From positions 1-38,001 of the IMG/VR virus record IMGVR_UViG_3300021365_000044: 38,001 bases of DNA; one strand, written 5' to 3'. Both the position numbers and the translations under genes were made by a program. This document shows, one piece after another, positions 19,301-27,341 of this stretch; the first letter of the stretch is position 1, and every line of letters starts with the position of its first letter. The stretch comes from a virus (Duplodnaviria; Caudoviricetes). Under the pieces are notes generated by a model, which ran no database searches, was not told the origin of the DNA, and saw only the letters and a list, made by a program, of their open reading frames with translations.

Positions 19301-22300
19301 GAAAATGATTACATCAGCATCGAATGCAATGATGGGAACTTCATTTGTCCGAGACTTTTTGCTTAAGTTTAATTTGCCCATGAAAGCGGACGGAAAGTTT
19401 ATTGAGGGCGGTCCATTTGAAGGTACATTAAAACGAAATCCGGCACTTACTAAACTAATCGATCAGTATTATTCGGACACCCGTGCTTTGAGACAAAGAG
19501 AGATCCAAGGCGAAGAAATTACGACACCTGGTTCGGGGCGAGTTGATAAAAAATTATCAGCGGACGGGAGGAGGCCAATCGGAGGCGATGATTTTGAAAG
19601 TTCGTTCTCATTAAAAGATCAAAACGATCCGGCGATCAAAGCAAAATTAGACACCGGTGGAATCTTTAAATGGAGGCCGACCGAAGACGGAAAAGGATCA
19701 GAATTAGAGACTGGTGCAACTGGTACTCCTAAGCGATATACTGCTGGAGAATTAAAGAAAGAACAAAGACTACAAGGTGACCATGCGATCAAAGTTTTCG
19801 AGGACAATGGGATCGAAATTATTACCAATAAGGACGGGAAGAAATCGACAGGAGATATTACAAATTTAACCTCGAAAATGATTGACGAATTGGCGGCTGG
19901 TCCGTGGCATCCTCGGCAGATTCAATCACTCCGAGAAATCAGTCGATCATTACGAGAAGGCGATGGAGAAAGAGCGGGATTTTTAATCGGATATTTTGCT
20001 AAATCAAGTGGCAGAAAACCAAAGGCCGTACCATTCACTTTGAGGCAAGAAATGCCATACGGATTTAAGCTGACAAATGATGGAAATATCCTCGTGCTTT
20101 TACACGATGTTCCGCAACTCGAAAAAAATCTTAAATTCTTAAAAGGGGGCAAGAGATTGCCAGGTAAATACAGAGACGAATATAATCAACTTTTTGACAA
20201 CGATACAGAAGTTTGGAAAGCATTTCAGCAGTACAGAATTAACACCGCAAATGGCATGGATGGACAGCTTGGATTAGACGATGATCCAGCCCGAGCAATG
20301 CGCAAGAAAAATTTCTTAAATTCATTGCATGGGGCGATAGATAAAGAGCATATAAAACTAAACCCGGTTTTACTTGAAATAAGTAATATTAAGGGCATGG
20401 ATATGTTCAATCCAAAAAAGACAAGTCCGTTCGGTCCAGCAACTAAAACCTTTCGACTAGATGGCATTTTTGATGTCACTAGATCGGGCAATAGAAACTC
20501 AAATGTAAACCTTGATCGAGTAAGAACATTACTAATGCCTCGTCAGTCTAAAAACTATGATAAAAAAGTAGCACTTAGAACTAATGATAGTTTGATCGAA
20601 CTTGTAGATAAAATAGCGAACGAAGAAGGAGTCTCTCGGAACGATGTATTAAATCGGATTTTGCAGGAGAAATTTAGTCCCGAGGAAATTAAAACACCGG
20701 ACTCGGAAATTGTCCCACCATCACCAGGAAAAGAATCTCAAAATTTATCTGAACCAACATTAAAAAAATATTGGTCCGAGGACAGCGATCAAGATTTAAA
20801 CTGGTTGCAAAATGACCCGAGTAAAAAACTTTTTATGCCGGCTGAAAGTGTCGAACAAAGACGGGCAAATAAATATGGTCAAAAGCTTCAAGAAGCAACA
20901 TTGTCGGACAAACAAATTATTGCAGAATCAAGGCGGGATTGGATGGAGAACGGATTCAAGGCCGAGAACTTTCAGGCATGGATGTCTAGTGGAATTGAAC
21001 GGCCAATTTTAGCCAATGAAAAGGATGGTTTTTACGAGCCTGTAAAACTATATTATGGTGGACCTTTAGGCATGGCGAAACGCCCCGGCTTTAACGCCGC
21101 CGCCCCGTTAGAAATTTTACAGAAATCAGAATTTTCTGAAGGAGTAACAAAAAAGGCTACTGATCAGTATACATCGGATAAAACAATCGTATTAACTGAT
21201 AGTAAGAAACTCGCAAAAGCTGAACAGGATGCCACCGCAGAAGGGGGTAAACCATTAGAGTTTGCAACCAACGCAAGCTTTATATTTGACCCCGCTGTCC
21301 CGCAACATATTGAACTGCTTAAAAATTCAATCGAACGAGTAGAACCTGACTCTCCGGAAATTCAAAATATCGACAGGTTGAAAAATAATCCCGATGATAC
21401 TTTTGCCTACGAAGATCTTTTAAAAAAAGCCGGTTGGGATGGGTACAAAATTGACAATAAGAATGGTGCGGGATATGCCATTTTTGACGCTAAAAAAGTA
21501 AAGCTCATATCCGACCAGGCGGGTGAAGGAAAGTTCTTTACGAAAGACCGGCCTTATGGAAAAGTCTCCGGTCTTTTTGGCCGACCACTTCCATCGGATC
21601 GAATGAGTGCGATGGGGCAAAGTGAGCGGGGTAGGGATGTCCGTTTCATGCCCCAAATGGAACTTGATTTTGACGGTAAAAGTAAGACTACTAGGCCGAC
21701 TGAACAGCCCTCGCAAGGTATATCCTTTTGGAAGCTTTTTGGCATAGATAAAAATGATAAACAAGTATATAAAAAAGTAGCTGAAAAACTTATCAATACT
21801 GGTAGCCCGGATATGGACCCGCAGACCGCTTTAGACTATGGTCCGAGGCTTGGTATGGATGTTAAAAGATTGCGCCAAGAAATGGTAAAAGCCCAGCGTA
21901 GAGATTCATCATCCGGCAATAAATATTTTATGCCCAACGATGGGGACTATATGCACAAATCCGGGGGCATTATTTTACCTGATGGATCGTTCATAAAAAA
22001 AGAAGTTGAACACAACATCGATTTATTTGATTGGGTCGAAAATAATCCGAAAAATCCATTTGCTCAAAAGATGAAAAAGGCTGAAAAATTTCACGATGAA
22101 AGGTATGGTGAAGAAGAAGGTTTTTATGTCTTAGAAGCCGCCCTGAATGCTGGTGCAATTAGAGTCGCTAGAGATAGCCCAAATTCTAAAAATATTTACA
22201 TCCAATCCGGTCGTGAAATCCCTAGTAGACTTCGGAGAGAATTAATCGACCAAGCAATGATGACGGGCAACACTTTGATCCAAGATCGCGGGTCGCGAGA

Positions 22301-23804
22301 ACAGATAATTTTTCAGCCTGAAAATAAACTTTTTATGCCAGCGGCCTTCCACGGCACACCTCACACCCTAGCCCCTGAAGCGGGCGCACCCTTGGGCAGA
22401 TTCAGAACATCGAAGATTGGAACAGGCGAGGGCGCACAGGCTTATGGGCATGGGCTTTACTTTGCGGGGAAGAAAGAAGTAGCGGAGCATTATCGGAAGG
22501 CACTTTCAGAAGAAACTATTATGTATGATGGGGCCCCTTATGACGGGAATAATTTACGCCACTTCGCCGCTCAGGAACTTGAGATATTTTCATCGCCTAA
22601 TGTAGACACACGAAAAGCTGCGATAGATAATCTGCGTTCCATAGATTATCTGCCCCAATACGGAAATAAGAGAGAAGTGGCTGACCGTTATCGGAAGGCA
22701 CTTTCCGGAGAAACTATTATGTATGAGGGGGTTTTGGAGAAGTTCAGAGCGGCTAACAAAAAAGCATTAATAGAGATTTTAGATAAAAAACAAGAAGCAA
22801 AAACAACTCGTGAAACTAGAGGCTCGCTCTATGAAGTCGAACTTGCCCCGAAGGAGAACGAGTATCTGCTATATGATAAGACTTTAGGCGAACAGCCCAA
22901 AGGGGTACAGGATAAGCTCAAGAAGTTCCTACGGGAACAGGAGGGCGAGGATACTTGGCAATACCGACAAGAACAGGATTATCGGGACATCACTAATAAT
23001 GTACTCGATGATATGCCCGAGGCTGAAATCTCCAAGCGATTAAAAGAAGCCGGCATACCAGGCATCAAATATTTAGATGGAGCATCCCGATCCAAAGGCG
23101 AGGGCGATTACAATTATGTAATCTTCGATGAAGCCGATGTCACGGTGACAGAGAAACTCTTCATGCCAGCAAGCGAAGCGGGTGCGGGTAAGGGGAAGGT
23201 GGCCGAGGCCGCAAAGCTATGGAATGAGAAGGGGATTGATTCGCCATACTTTAAGAAGTGGTTCGGCAAGTCCAAGGTAGTCGATGATAACGGCGAGCCG
23301 TTGGTGGTTTATCATGGGAGTAAAGCAGATTTTACCGAGTTTAAAAGGTCAAAGGGGGGCGAATTTGGATCAGGAATGTATTTCTCTGATAACATTGATT
23401 CGGCAAAAATGTTTGGAAGTTTTCAAAAAGGGGACTCGGAAGTTGTCACAATGCCGGTCTATTTAACTTTAAAGAATCCATTGATTACCAACGATAGAAA
23501 TGTCCCAAGGGGTGCGGGGATCAAATCTCTAATTAAAAAAGGATATGACGGAGTAATTGGGACTACACCAAACGGGCAAAAGCAATACATCGCCTTCTCC
23601 CCCGAACAAATCAAATCGGCCACCGGCAACCGAGGGACTTTCGATGCGGGGGAGAGGAATATAAACTATATGCCCTCAGACCCCAAAGCCCCAAAGGCTC
23701 AACCCGCCAATCGCATCCAACAGCAAGCACCCGCTATGCCTGGTAATCGATTCATGGCTCCCGCCGCAAGTGCCGGTGCTAAATTATCCGAAAGATTTCG
23801 GTAA
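16335..23804 (+). CDS. 2489-aa polyvalent internal virion protein: ejection-like N-terminus, HExxH metallopeptidase, RHH and ADP-ribosyltransferase-like modules
   Basis: LAHEVGHHIE..KEIFAE zincin; VALRTNDSL...GVSRNDVL RHH; FHGT..GHGLYFA..GIPGIKY..YVIFD and YHGS..GMYFS..VYLTLKNP..GYDGV..YIAF ART-PolyVal patterns. Confidence 0.85.
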   Translation: MAEYEISHPRIPQIGNTVLEGPDDSPPPTEQDFWNVVHQQVRPIGLSQLTDEEKVSAYKNGYFNDPEPVEGQPEQPGMIDSLLDLGGKAALRGSQMMNALTLGKIGHSGPYDKLLRLNDEAIPYEKVENVDQFREAGKYLFGFLDNTESDDFYGSGKSEFDPVAEALKRVGMPFLSKNKNARGRVKTAAMDYAQDSMVAGMGEGYIRAASGGEFLYKGGKFLKDKLFLDEADDTDILDYVNSAIEFDALNHRYENSAELAAFVLENPQESVKAMGAGVVGGLTPIVEAEDLNEILIDEEDINLDSDLQQDIRSGFVQPDVGVSFLSEVIGDPMNLAGATTAKAVTAPQRVALSGKITQTLNEVTKLNQGKGMAIRALEKFPEDSLIAQRQAKFLEAANQSLAQKQKVLDKYARNSMFLRMAAQSSPDELLKVAAQNIDTASDAGKASMNMVYNAMKPSGKMGIARKGIAMGAKLTPEIAGATIGASLAGPEGAALGAITPSLIKAAKIVSTMPENVAISYIMRSAAEAGEEITEQAARKQWRGITKYLYPTGILGIGIGSTSEGREEGGTNPLLKFGAAALGLKALPKIAKFADAAIRDSRIIGPELIYARGSEDSPFFNRLALLPSGEEGLIGANADRFQALTRTSSGETILEKAIDKVRPIGRGIATSIKDEVPLSEGARNLINKIPGFDSVQGKTGAPFRPGLSDTNKMLSNPTRKVAQFLDRNPALGRSIETLGRFGTVVTAGSTLPAAFGYVGSGGQAEGAIAGALVSAPFTSIGAGAGMFQAYKNKSDLFQQKMGDVYYYREHLNKSEQADFDKLPMEARMGLAGYSLSHPDILFKPLPADKMEGQGNWSFDENTGTSIVRFDKDTGAGLVEGVLAHEVGHHIEIHGLTPMVNKIFFGDQVTGEAGIYGKFNEEGEIVPNQAFEDKRTLYLNRLTKDASIKPENLDQYQGKEGNKIIAKEIFAETVRDYLLSGKKNKGNTAIEKMITSASNAMMGTSFVRDFLLKFNLPMKADGKFIEGGPFEGTLKRNPALTKLIDQYYSDTRALRQREIQGEEITTPGSGRVDKKLSADGRRPIGGDDFESSFSLKDQNDPAIKAKLDTGGIFKWRPTEDGKGSELETGATGTPKRYTAGELKKEQRLQGDHAIKVFEDNGIEIITNKDGKKSTGDITNLTSKMIDELAAGPWHPRQIQSLREISRSLREGDGERAGFLIGYFAKSSGRKPKAVPFTLRQEMPYGFKLTNDGNILVLLHDVPQLEKNLKFLKGGKRLPGKYRDEYNQLFDNDTEVWKAFQQYRINTANGMDGQLGLDDDPARAMRKKNFLNSLHGAIDKEHIKLNPVLLEISNIKGMDMFNPKKTSPFGPATKTFRLDGIFDVTRSGNRNSNVNLDRVRTLLMPRQSKNYDKKVALRTNDSLIELVDKIANEEGVSRNDVLNRILQEKFSPEEIKTPDSEIVPPSPGKESQNLSEPTLKKYWSEDSDQDLNWLQNDPSKKLFMPAESVEQRRANKYGQKLQEATLSDKQIIAESRRDWMENGFKAENFQAWMSSGIERPILANEKDGFYEPVKLYYGGPLGMAKRPGFNAAAPLEILQKSEFSEGVTKKATDQYTSDKTIVLTDSKKLAKAEQDATAEGGKPLEFATNASFIFDPAVPQHIELLKNSIERVEPDSPEIQNIDRLKNNPDDTFAYEDLLKKAGWDGYKIDNKNGAGYAIFDAKKVKLISDQAGEGKFFTKDRPYGKVSGLFGRPLPSDRMSAMGQSERGRDVRFMPQMELDFDGKSKTTRPTEQPSQGISFWKLFGIDKNDKQVYKKVAEKLINTGSPDMDPQTALDYGPRLGMDVKRLRQEMVKAQRRDSSSGNKYFMPNDGDYMHKSGGIILPDGSFIKKEVEHNIDLFDWVENNPKNPFAQKMKKAEKFHDERYGEEEGFYVLEAALNAGAIRVARDSPNSKNIYIQSGREIPSRLRRELIDQAMMTGNTLIQDRGSREQIIFQPENKLFMPAAFHGTPHTLAPEAGAPLGRFRTSKIGTGEGAQAYGHGLYFAGKKEVAEHYRKALSEETIMYDGAPYDGNNLRHFAAQELEIFSSPNVDTRKAAIDNLRSIDYLPQYGNKREVADRYRKALSGETIMYEGVLEKFRAANKKALIEILDKKQEAKTTRETRGSLYEVELAPKENEYLLYDKTLGEQPKGVQDKLKKFLREQEGEDTWQYRQEQDYRDITNNVLDDMPEAEISKRLKEAGIPGIKYLDGASRSKGEGDYNYVIFDEADVTVTEKLFMPASEAGAGKGKVAEAAKLWNEKGIDSPYFKKWFGKSKVVDDNGEPLVVYHGSKADFTEFKRSKGGEFGSGMYFSDNIDSAKMFGSFQKGDSEVVTMPVYLTLKNPLITNDRNVPRGAGIKSLIKKGYDGVIGTTPNGQKQYIAFSPEQIKSATGNRGTFDAGERNINYMPSDPKAPKAQPANRIQQQAPAMPGNRFMAPAASAGAKLSERFR
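22470..22730 (+). repeat. In-frame 63-bp direct repeat (22470-22532 and 22668-22730)
   Basis: 55/63 nt identical; KKEVAEHYRKALSEETIMYDG versus KREVADRYRKALSGETIMYEG. Confidence 0.9.
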
Positions 23805-23805
23805 T

Positions 23806-24051
23806 CTATTCCCGCTCGATTTCCTCGATGTAGAAATCTCCGACCTCTCGCATCAACTTAGCTAGTAGGTCGGGGTCATTACCAGGAGGATCGATAAAAG
23901 TGGGGTCGAATGTTTCGCTCCCATCTTCCGCCACAATGATCTCGGCAATCAATTTAGGGCTGTGGAGGTGGACAACAAATGTCCGGTCCTCAGTATCGCC
24001 AATTATAAACTTTGGGAATTTTGCCTCAAAACTTTCTAAGTCATTAACCAT
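23806..24051 (-). CDS. Small acidic hypothetical protein co-oriented with xerC
   Basis: 81 aa, FPKFIIGD...FVVHLHSPKL; starts 4 bp after the xerC stop; aattATG context. Confidence 0.7.
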   Translation of the reverse strand: MVNDLESFEAKFPKFIIGDTEDRTFVVHLHSPKLIAEIIVAEDGSETFDPTFIDPPGNDPDLLAKLMREVGDFYIEEIERE

Positions 24052-24055
24052 AATA

Positions 24056-24970
24056 TTATCCTCTTGGGTGGGCTAGGCCGTGGACTTCTTTAAGGCGGGC
24101 GCTAGAAACATGGGTGTAAATTTGTGTACTCGATAAGCTTGAATGCCCGAGTAATTCCTGGATTGCACGAAGATCCGCACCATTATCAAGTAAGTGAGTA
24201 GCGAATGAATGTCGAAGCTTGTGCGGGGTGATATCATGCGGAAGCTCCGCGAAGTTTAAATACTTCTTAATCAGATATTGGACCGACCGAGTGGTAAACC
24301 TCTTACCGAAAGAATTTATAATGACTGGATCGGACTTTTTCGATTTCTTGGCAAACATATGCCTAAACTTTTGGACTGTGTCGCTGGCCTGTTTACCGAT
24401 AACTACCATTCGTTCTTTCTGACCTTTCCCGACTACCTTTATAGTTGAGCGAATAAAATCGATGTCCTCGTAATTAATGCTAACTAATTCGCTAACTCGT
24501 AAGCCCCCAGCATAAAGAAGCTCTAAAATCATCAAATCCCTCAATGAATTAAATTTTATTCCTACGCCCTTCGGCTCATTGGCTGGCGGTTGCTTCATCA
24601 GCTTAGTCATCTGATCTTCTGACAAAACTTTGGGCAGTGGCTTACTAAGCTTGGGGAGGGCGATATTTAAAAATGGATTTATTGTGGCAAGCTTACGAGT
24701 CCGGCAAAAAGTAAAAAAGGTACGGAGGCCCGAAATATGATGCCTAAGTGTTCGGCGGGATATTTGATTCTGTACCTCAATGCAGTAACTTCTAGCCTGT
24801 TGCCGGGTAACCTCAGAGGGTAGGGTGACCTTCTCCTCCTTCTTAGCCCAGGTAAAAAATAACTCAATGGCGTGTTTATAGTTACGGACCGTGTAAGGTG
24901 ATAATCGGCGGACTACTTTCATGTATTCAATAAACTCAGAAAGTTCAAAAAGTACAATTTTGTCGGCCAT
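24056..24970 (-). CDS. xerC: Tyrosine recombinase of chromosomal XerC type
   Basis: SAM-like N-domain (LSPYTVRNY), ELLYAGGLRVSEL, GKGQKER, TPHKLRHSFATHLLDNGADLRAIQELLGHSSLSSTQIYTHV; catalytic R-K-H-R-H-Y complete; start set at MADKIV. Confidence 0.88.
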   Translation of the reverse strand: MADKIVLFELSEFIEYMKVVRRLSPYTVRNYKHAIELFFTWAKKEEKVTLPSEVTRQQARSYCIEVQNQISRRTLRHHISGLRTFFTFCRTRKLATINPFLNIALPKLSKPLPKVLSEDQMTKLMKQPPANEPKGVGIKFNSLRDLMILELLYAGGLRVSELVSINYEDIDFIRSTIKVVGKGQKERMVVIGKQASDTVQKFRHMFAKKSKKSDPVIINSFGKRFTTRSVQYLIKKYLNFAELPHDITPHKLRHSFATHLLDNGADLRAIQELLGHSSLSSTQIYTHVSSARLKEVHGLAHPRG

Positions 24971-25119
24971 ATGTTTTGTTATTTTATTTATGCGGATTTG
25001 TAAAGCTGTTTGCCTTCGCAAACACTTGTAAGGCTGTTATTTTCTTTCGCTAACCCTTGCGTTAGAATTAGTCCACTTTATAGCAATTTAGTCCTTGCAT
25101 GGGTGTTTGCAGTCCAATA

Positions 25120-25130
25120 TTGTACGCAAC
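25120..25130 (-). promoter_or_regulatory. XerC-arm-like half site GTTGCGTACAA
   Basis: 10/11 match to the ColE1 cer XerC arm GGTGCGTACAA; no XerD arm alongside; lies between xerC and the divergent ORF. Confidence 0.4.
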
Positions 25131-25148
25131 CACTAGCGAAAGGAAAAT

Positions 25149-25550
25149 ATGAGAAAAAGTACTAAAAAATGGATAAATGACTTAAGTTGCACATTATACT
25201 ATAAAGGTGAGACTCGTAAGTGTTTTGCGCAAGATTTTCGTCACATGAGACTAAAGCTTCCCGAGGCAGTCCAGCGGAAGTGGAAATTATGGTGTAATAT
25301 GAATAGTGACACTTTAGCTCAAGTAAGTAATAATGAGTGGCATGGACATACAATTTGTGCAACTGGCGAACGAATTAACTACACCATCATTGATCGCAAG
25401 GACAAGGTTAAAGAGGCGGCTAGGCTTTTGGGTCAGGTTGGCGGCCAAGCTGGATATGGTAAGAAAAAAGTTCGGGGAGATTCAAATTATTACCGCTTAC
25501 TCCGAGCTAAAAGAACGATAAAAGAGTCACAAAAAAATAAGAAAAAATGA
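25149..25550 (+). CDS. Basic hypothetical protein divergent from xerC
   Basis: 133 aa, AAGGA RBS; C-terminal AARLLGQVGG..G.GKKKVRGDS.YY motif. Confidence 0.7.
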   Translation: MRKSTKKWINDLSCTLYYKGETRKCFAQDFRHMRLKLPEAVQRKWKLWCNMNSDTLAQVSNNEWHGHTICATGERINYTIIDRKDKVKEAARLLGQVGGQAGYGKKKVRGDSNYYRLLRAKRTIKESQKNKKK

Positions 25551-25599
25551 ATATTAATAAAGGAAATTTAAATTTTATTGCAGAAAAAGTTAAAACTTG

Positions 25600-25630
25600 T
25601 TGACATGATCCGATTTATTCCATTTAAAGG
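25600..25630 (+). promoter_or_regulatory. Probable sigma70-type promoter for the replication operon
   Basis: Perfect TTGACA at 25600-25605 with an AT-rich upstream tract; -10 only weak (TTTAAA or TAAAGG). Confidence 0.45.
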
Positions 25631-25703
25631 CAATATTCACCCATTGGATGGGCTGAGTTTGATCTTTAATATTATTAATAACCAACCGGTTGGCATACAT
25701 TTT

Positions 25704-25731
25704 GTTTCGCACAATATGGATTACGGTTCTA
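25704..25731 (+). other. Degenerate dif-like site GTTTCGCACAA-TATGGA-TTACGGTTCTA
   Basis: 11-6-11 layout; good XerC-like arm; inner TTA.GG of a XerD-like arm. Confidence 0.4.
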
Positions 25732-25799
25732 TTTCGACATAAATAGTTAGTAAATAGCACTTAGTTTTTTTCCAACCGGTTTTAACATTAACCGGCAAA

Positions 25800-25991
25800 A
25801 TGGAAAAACTACTAAATCAATATCACAATTTATTTCTCACGAAGCGTGAGGTCAAAGAAATTTTCAGATTAAATTCTGATAAGGCTTTGCAAACTTTCAA
25901 GCGAGAGTTTGGTATTCGGAAAAGAGGCCAGCATTATTTGGCTTCTGATGTTAAAAAAGTAATCGCCATCTTCTCCGAGGAGGCCGCATGA
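25800..25991 (+). CDS. Small winged-HTH protein, excisionase/AlpA-like
   Basis: FLTKREVKEIF...Y..SDV pattern, 63 aa, first gene of the operon. Confidence 0.6.
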   Translation: MEKLLNQYHNLFLTKREVKEIFRLNSDKALQTFKREFGIRKRGQHYLASDVKKVIAIFSEEAA

Positions 25992-26446
25992 AATTGACCA
26001 TCGGAATTGACCCTGGTAAAAGCGGCGGTTACGCAATCGCTTGGGGCGGGATGCACGATATTAAACTGCATTCTATCGGCGAGGACTTTGAATTTGTCGA
26101 ACACATTCAAGATCTTCAAGACCATCCAATTGTTACATCGATTGAAGCAGTGGTCGAATTGGTCCCGCCCTTTGCGGGTAAGATGATCCCTTCAAGTTCA
26201 TCATTTAAGTTAGGTAAGAACTGCGGATTCTTGGAAGGAGTTCTGCGTATGGCAGAAATACCTTTCACCTTAGTCCGCCCACAGGAATGGCAAAAAGGAC
26301 TAAGCGGTCTGACTAAGCTAACCTCGGGCAAACGCAAAAAAGTTTTAGCGAACCATGCCAAGCAATTCTTTCCGTCGACTAAGGGGCTAACTTTAAAAAC
26401 GGCGGATGCGATCCTCATTTTAAGACATTTTCTTATTAATCAATAA
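25988..26446 (+). CDS. RuvC-like Holliday junction resolvase
   Basis: IGIDPGKSGG, AVVE, F..G...G, VRPQEWQK and ADAILI motifs. Confidence 0.85.
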   Translation: MKLTIGIDPGKSGGYAIAWGGMHDIKLHSIGEDFEFVEHIQDLQDHPIVTSIEAVVELVPPFAGKMIPSSSSFKLGKNCGFLEGVLRMAEIPFTLVRPQEWQKGLSGLTKLTSGKRKKVLANHAKQFFPSTKGLTLKTADAILILRHFLINQ

Positions 26447-26490
26447 TGGGCCTCCACCCGTAAAAATGGAGATAGAAAACATAAAATATC

Positions 26491-27210
26491 ATGGCTATAT
26501 TACAGCAATCAAGTAACACAGGCGGACCGATCACAGGCTGGCCTCTCACTACACTCGCACCAGCGGGGCAGACATTTGCAGTCTGTCTTGCAGTTAAGGA
26601 CTCGATGCAAATTCAGCGTCCTTCTTATGACGACCCCTCAATTATAGAGACTAAGAATTTTACGAGGTTCTTATTCGGTCTTACTGATGGCACTCTCATC
26701 CAAACGGGTGAAATGACAATCAGCTTAAATGAAAAGAGTAAGCTCTTTAAGACTCTGACAAGCTGGAACGGAACGATGCCTTTTGGCGGATTCGATACTG
26801 AGTCGATGGTCGGAAAAGGGGCAACTCTTAACATCATCCACAAGACTTCAATGAAGGGTAGAGAGTATGCAGATATTTCGGCAATTATGCCGATCATGCA
26901 AGGCATGGAAGCACAAGTGCCGGACCGAGCTAGGTTCGTTATACCGACAGGCGATAATCAAAATGATATCAATTTGCAACCGACTCAAGTTCAGCAAGTT
27001 GCACAGCCGAGCATGATGACGCAATTCAACCCGCAACCGATCCAACAAGCCCCCGCTCAAGCGTTGCAAACTGCTACCACTGTGACAGTTGATCAGCCAC
27101 AGCCTGTCCCCGTACAGAATCCCGTACAACAGCCGATTCCCGTTCAGCCCCAACAGGCAACAATGGGAACTCAGTTCACAGGTCCAGCACCTGAAAATGT
27201 ACCCTTCTAG
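26491..27210 (+). CDS. Putative single-stranded DNA-binding protein
   Basis: OB-like N-domain (SLNEKSKL, YADIS.I), Q/P-rich linker and C-terminal ..ENVPF tip. Confidence 0.6.
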   Translation: MAILQQSSNTGGPITGWPLTTLAPAGQTFAVCLAVKDSMQIQRPSYDDPSIIETKNFTRFLFGLTDGTLIQTGEMTISLNEKSKLFKTLTSWNGTMPFGGFDTESMVGKGATLNIIHKTSMKGREYADISAIMPIMQGMEAQVPDRARFVIPTGDNQNDINLQPTQVQQVAQPSMMTQFNPQPIQQAPAQALQTATTVTVDQPQPVPVQNPVQQPIPVQPQQATMGTQFTGPAPENVPF

Positions 27211-27341
27211 ATATGAACCCGATAAACATATTATTAATGATGGGTTGGGTGGCCGTAGTCGCTGACATGGTGCTGTGAAATATCTGAAGCGAGCAATCCA
27301 CCTGGTACTCTTCTTATGGAAATATGGAAAGGAGGTAATCC

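Noticed and set aside
22470-22730. Diversity-generating retroelement TR/VR pair
   Set aside because: No reverse transcriptase gene; 3 of 8 mismatches are not at adenines; both copies are in frame in one gene
26960-27200. Q/P-rich repeats as a repeat array or CRISPR
   Set aside because: Low-complexity protein linker; no regularly spaced DNA repeats; I found no CRISPR array, tRNA or rRNA in the window
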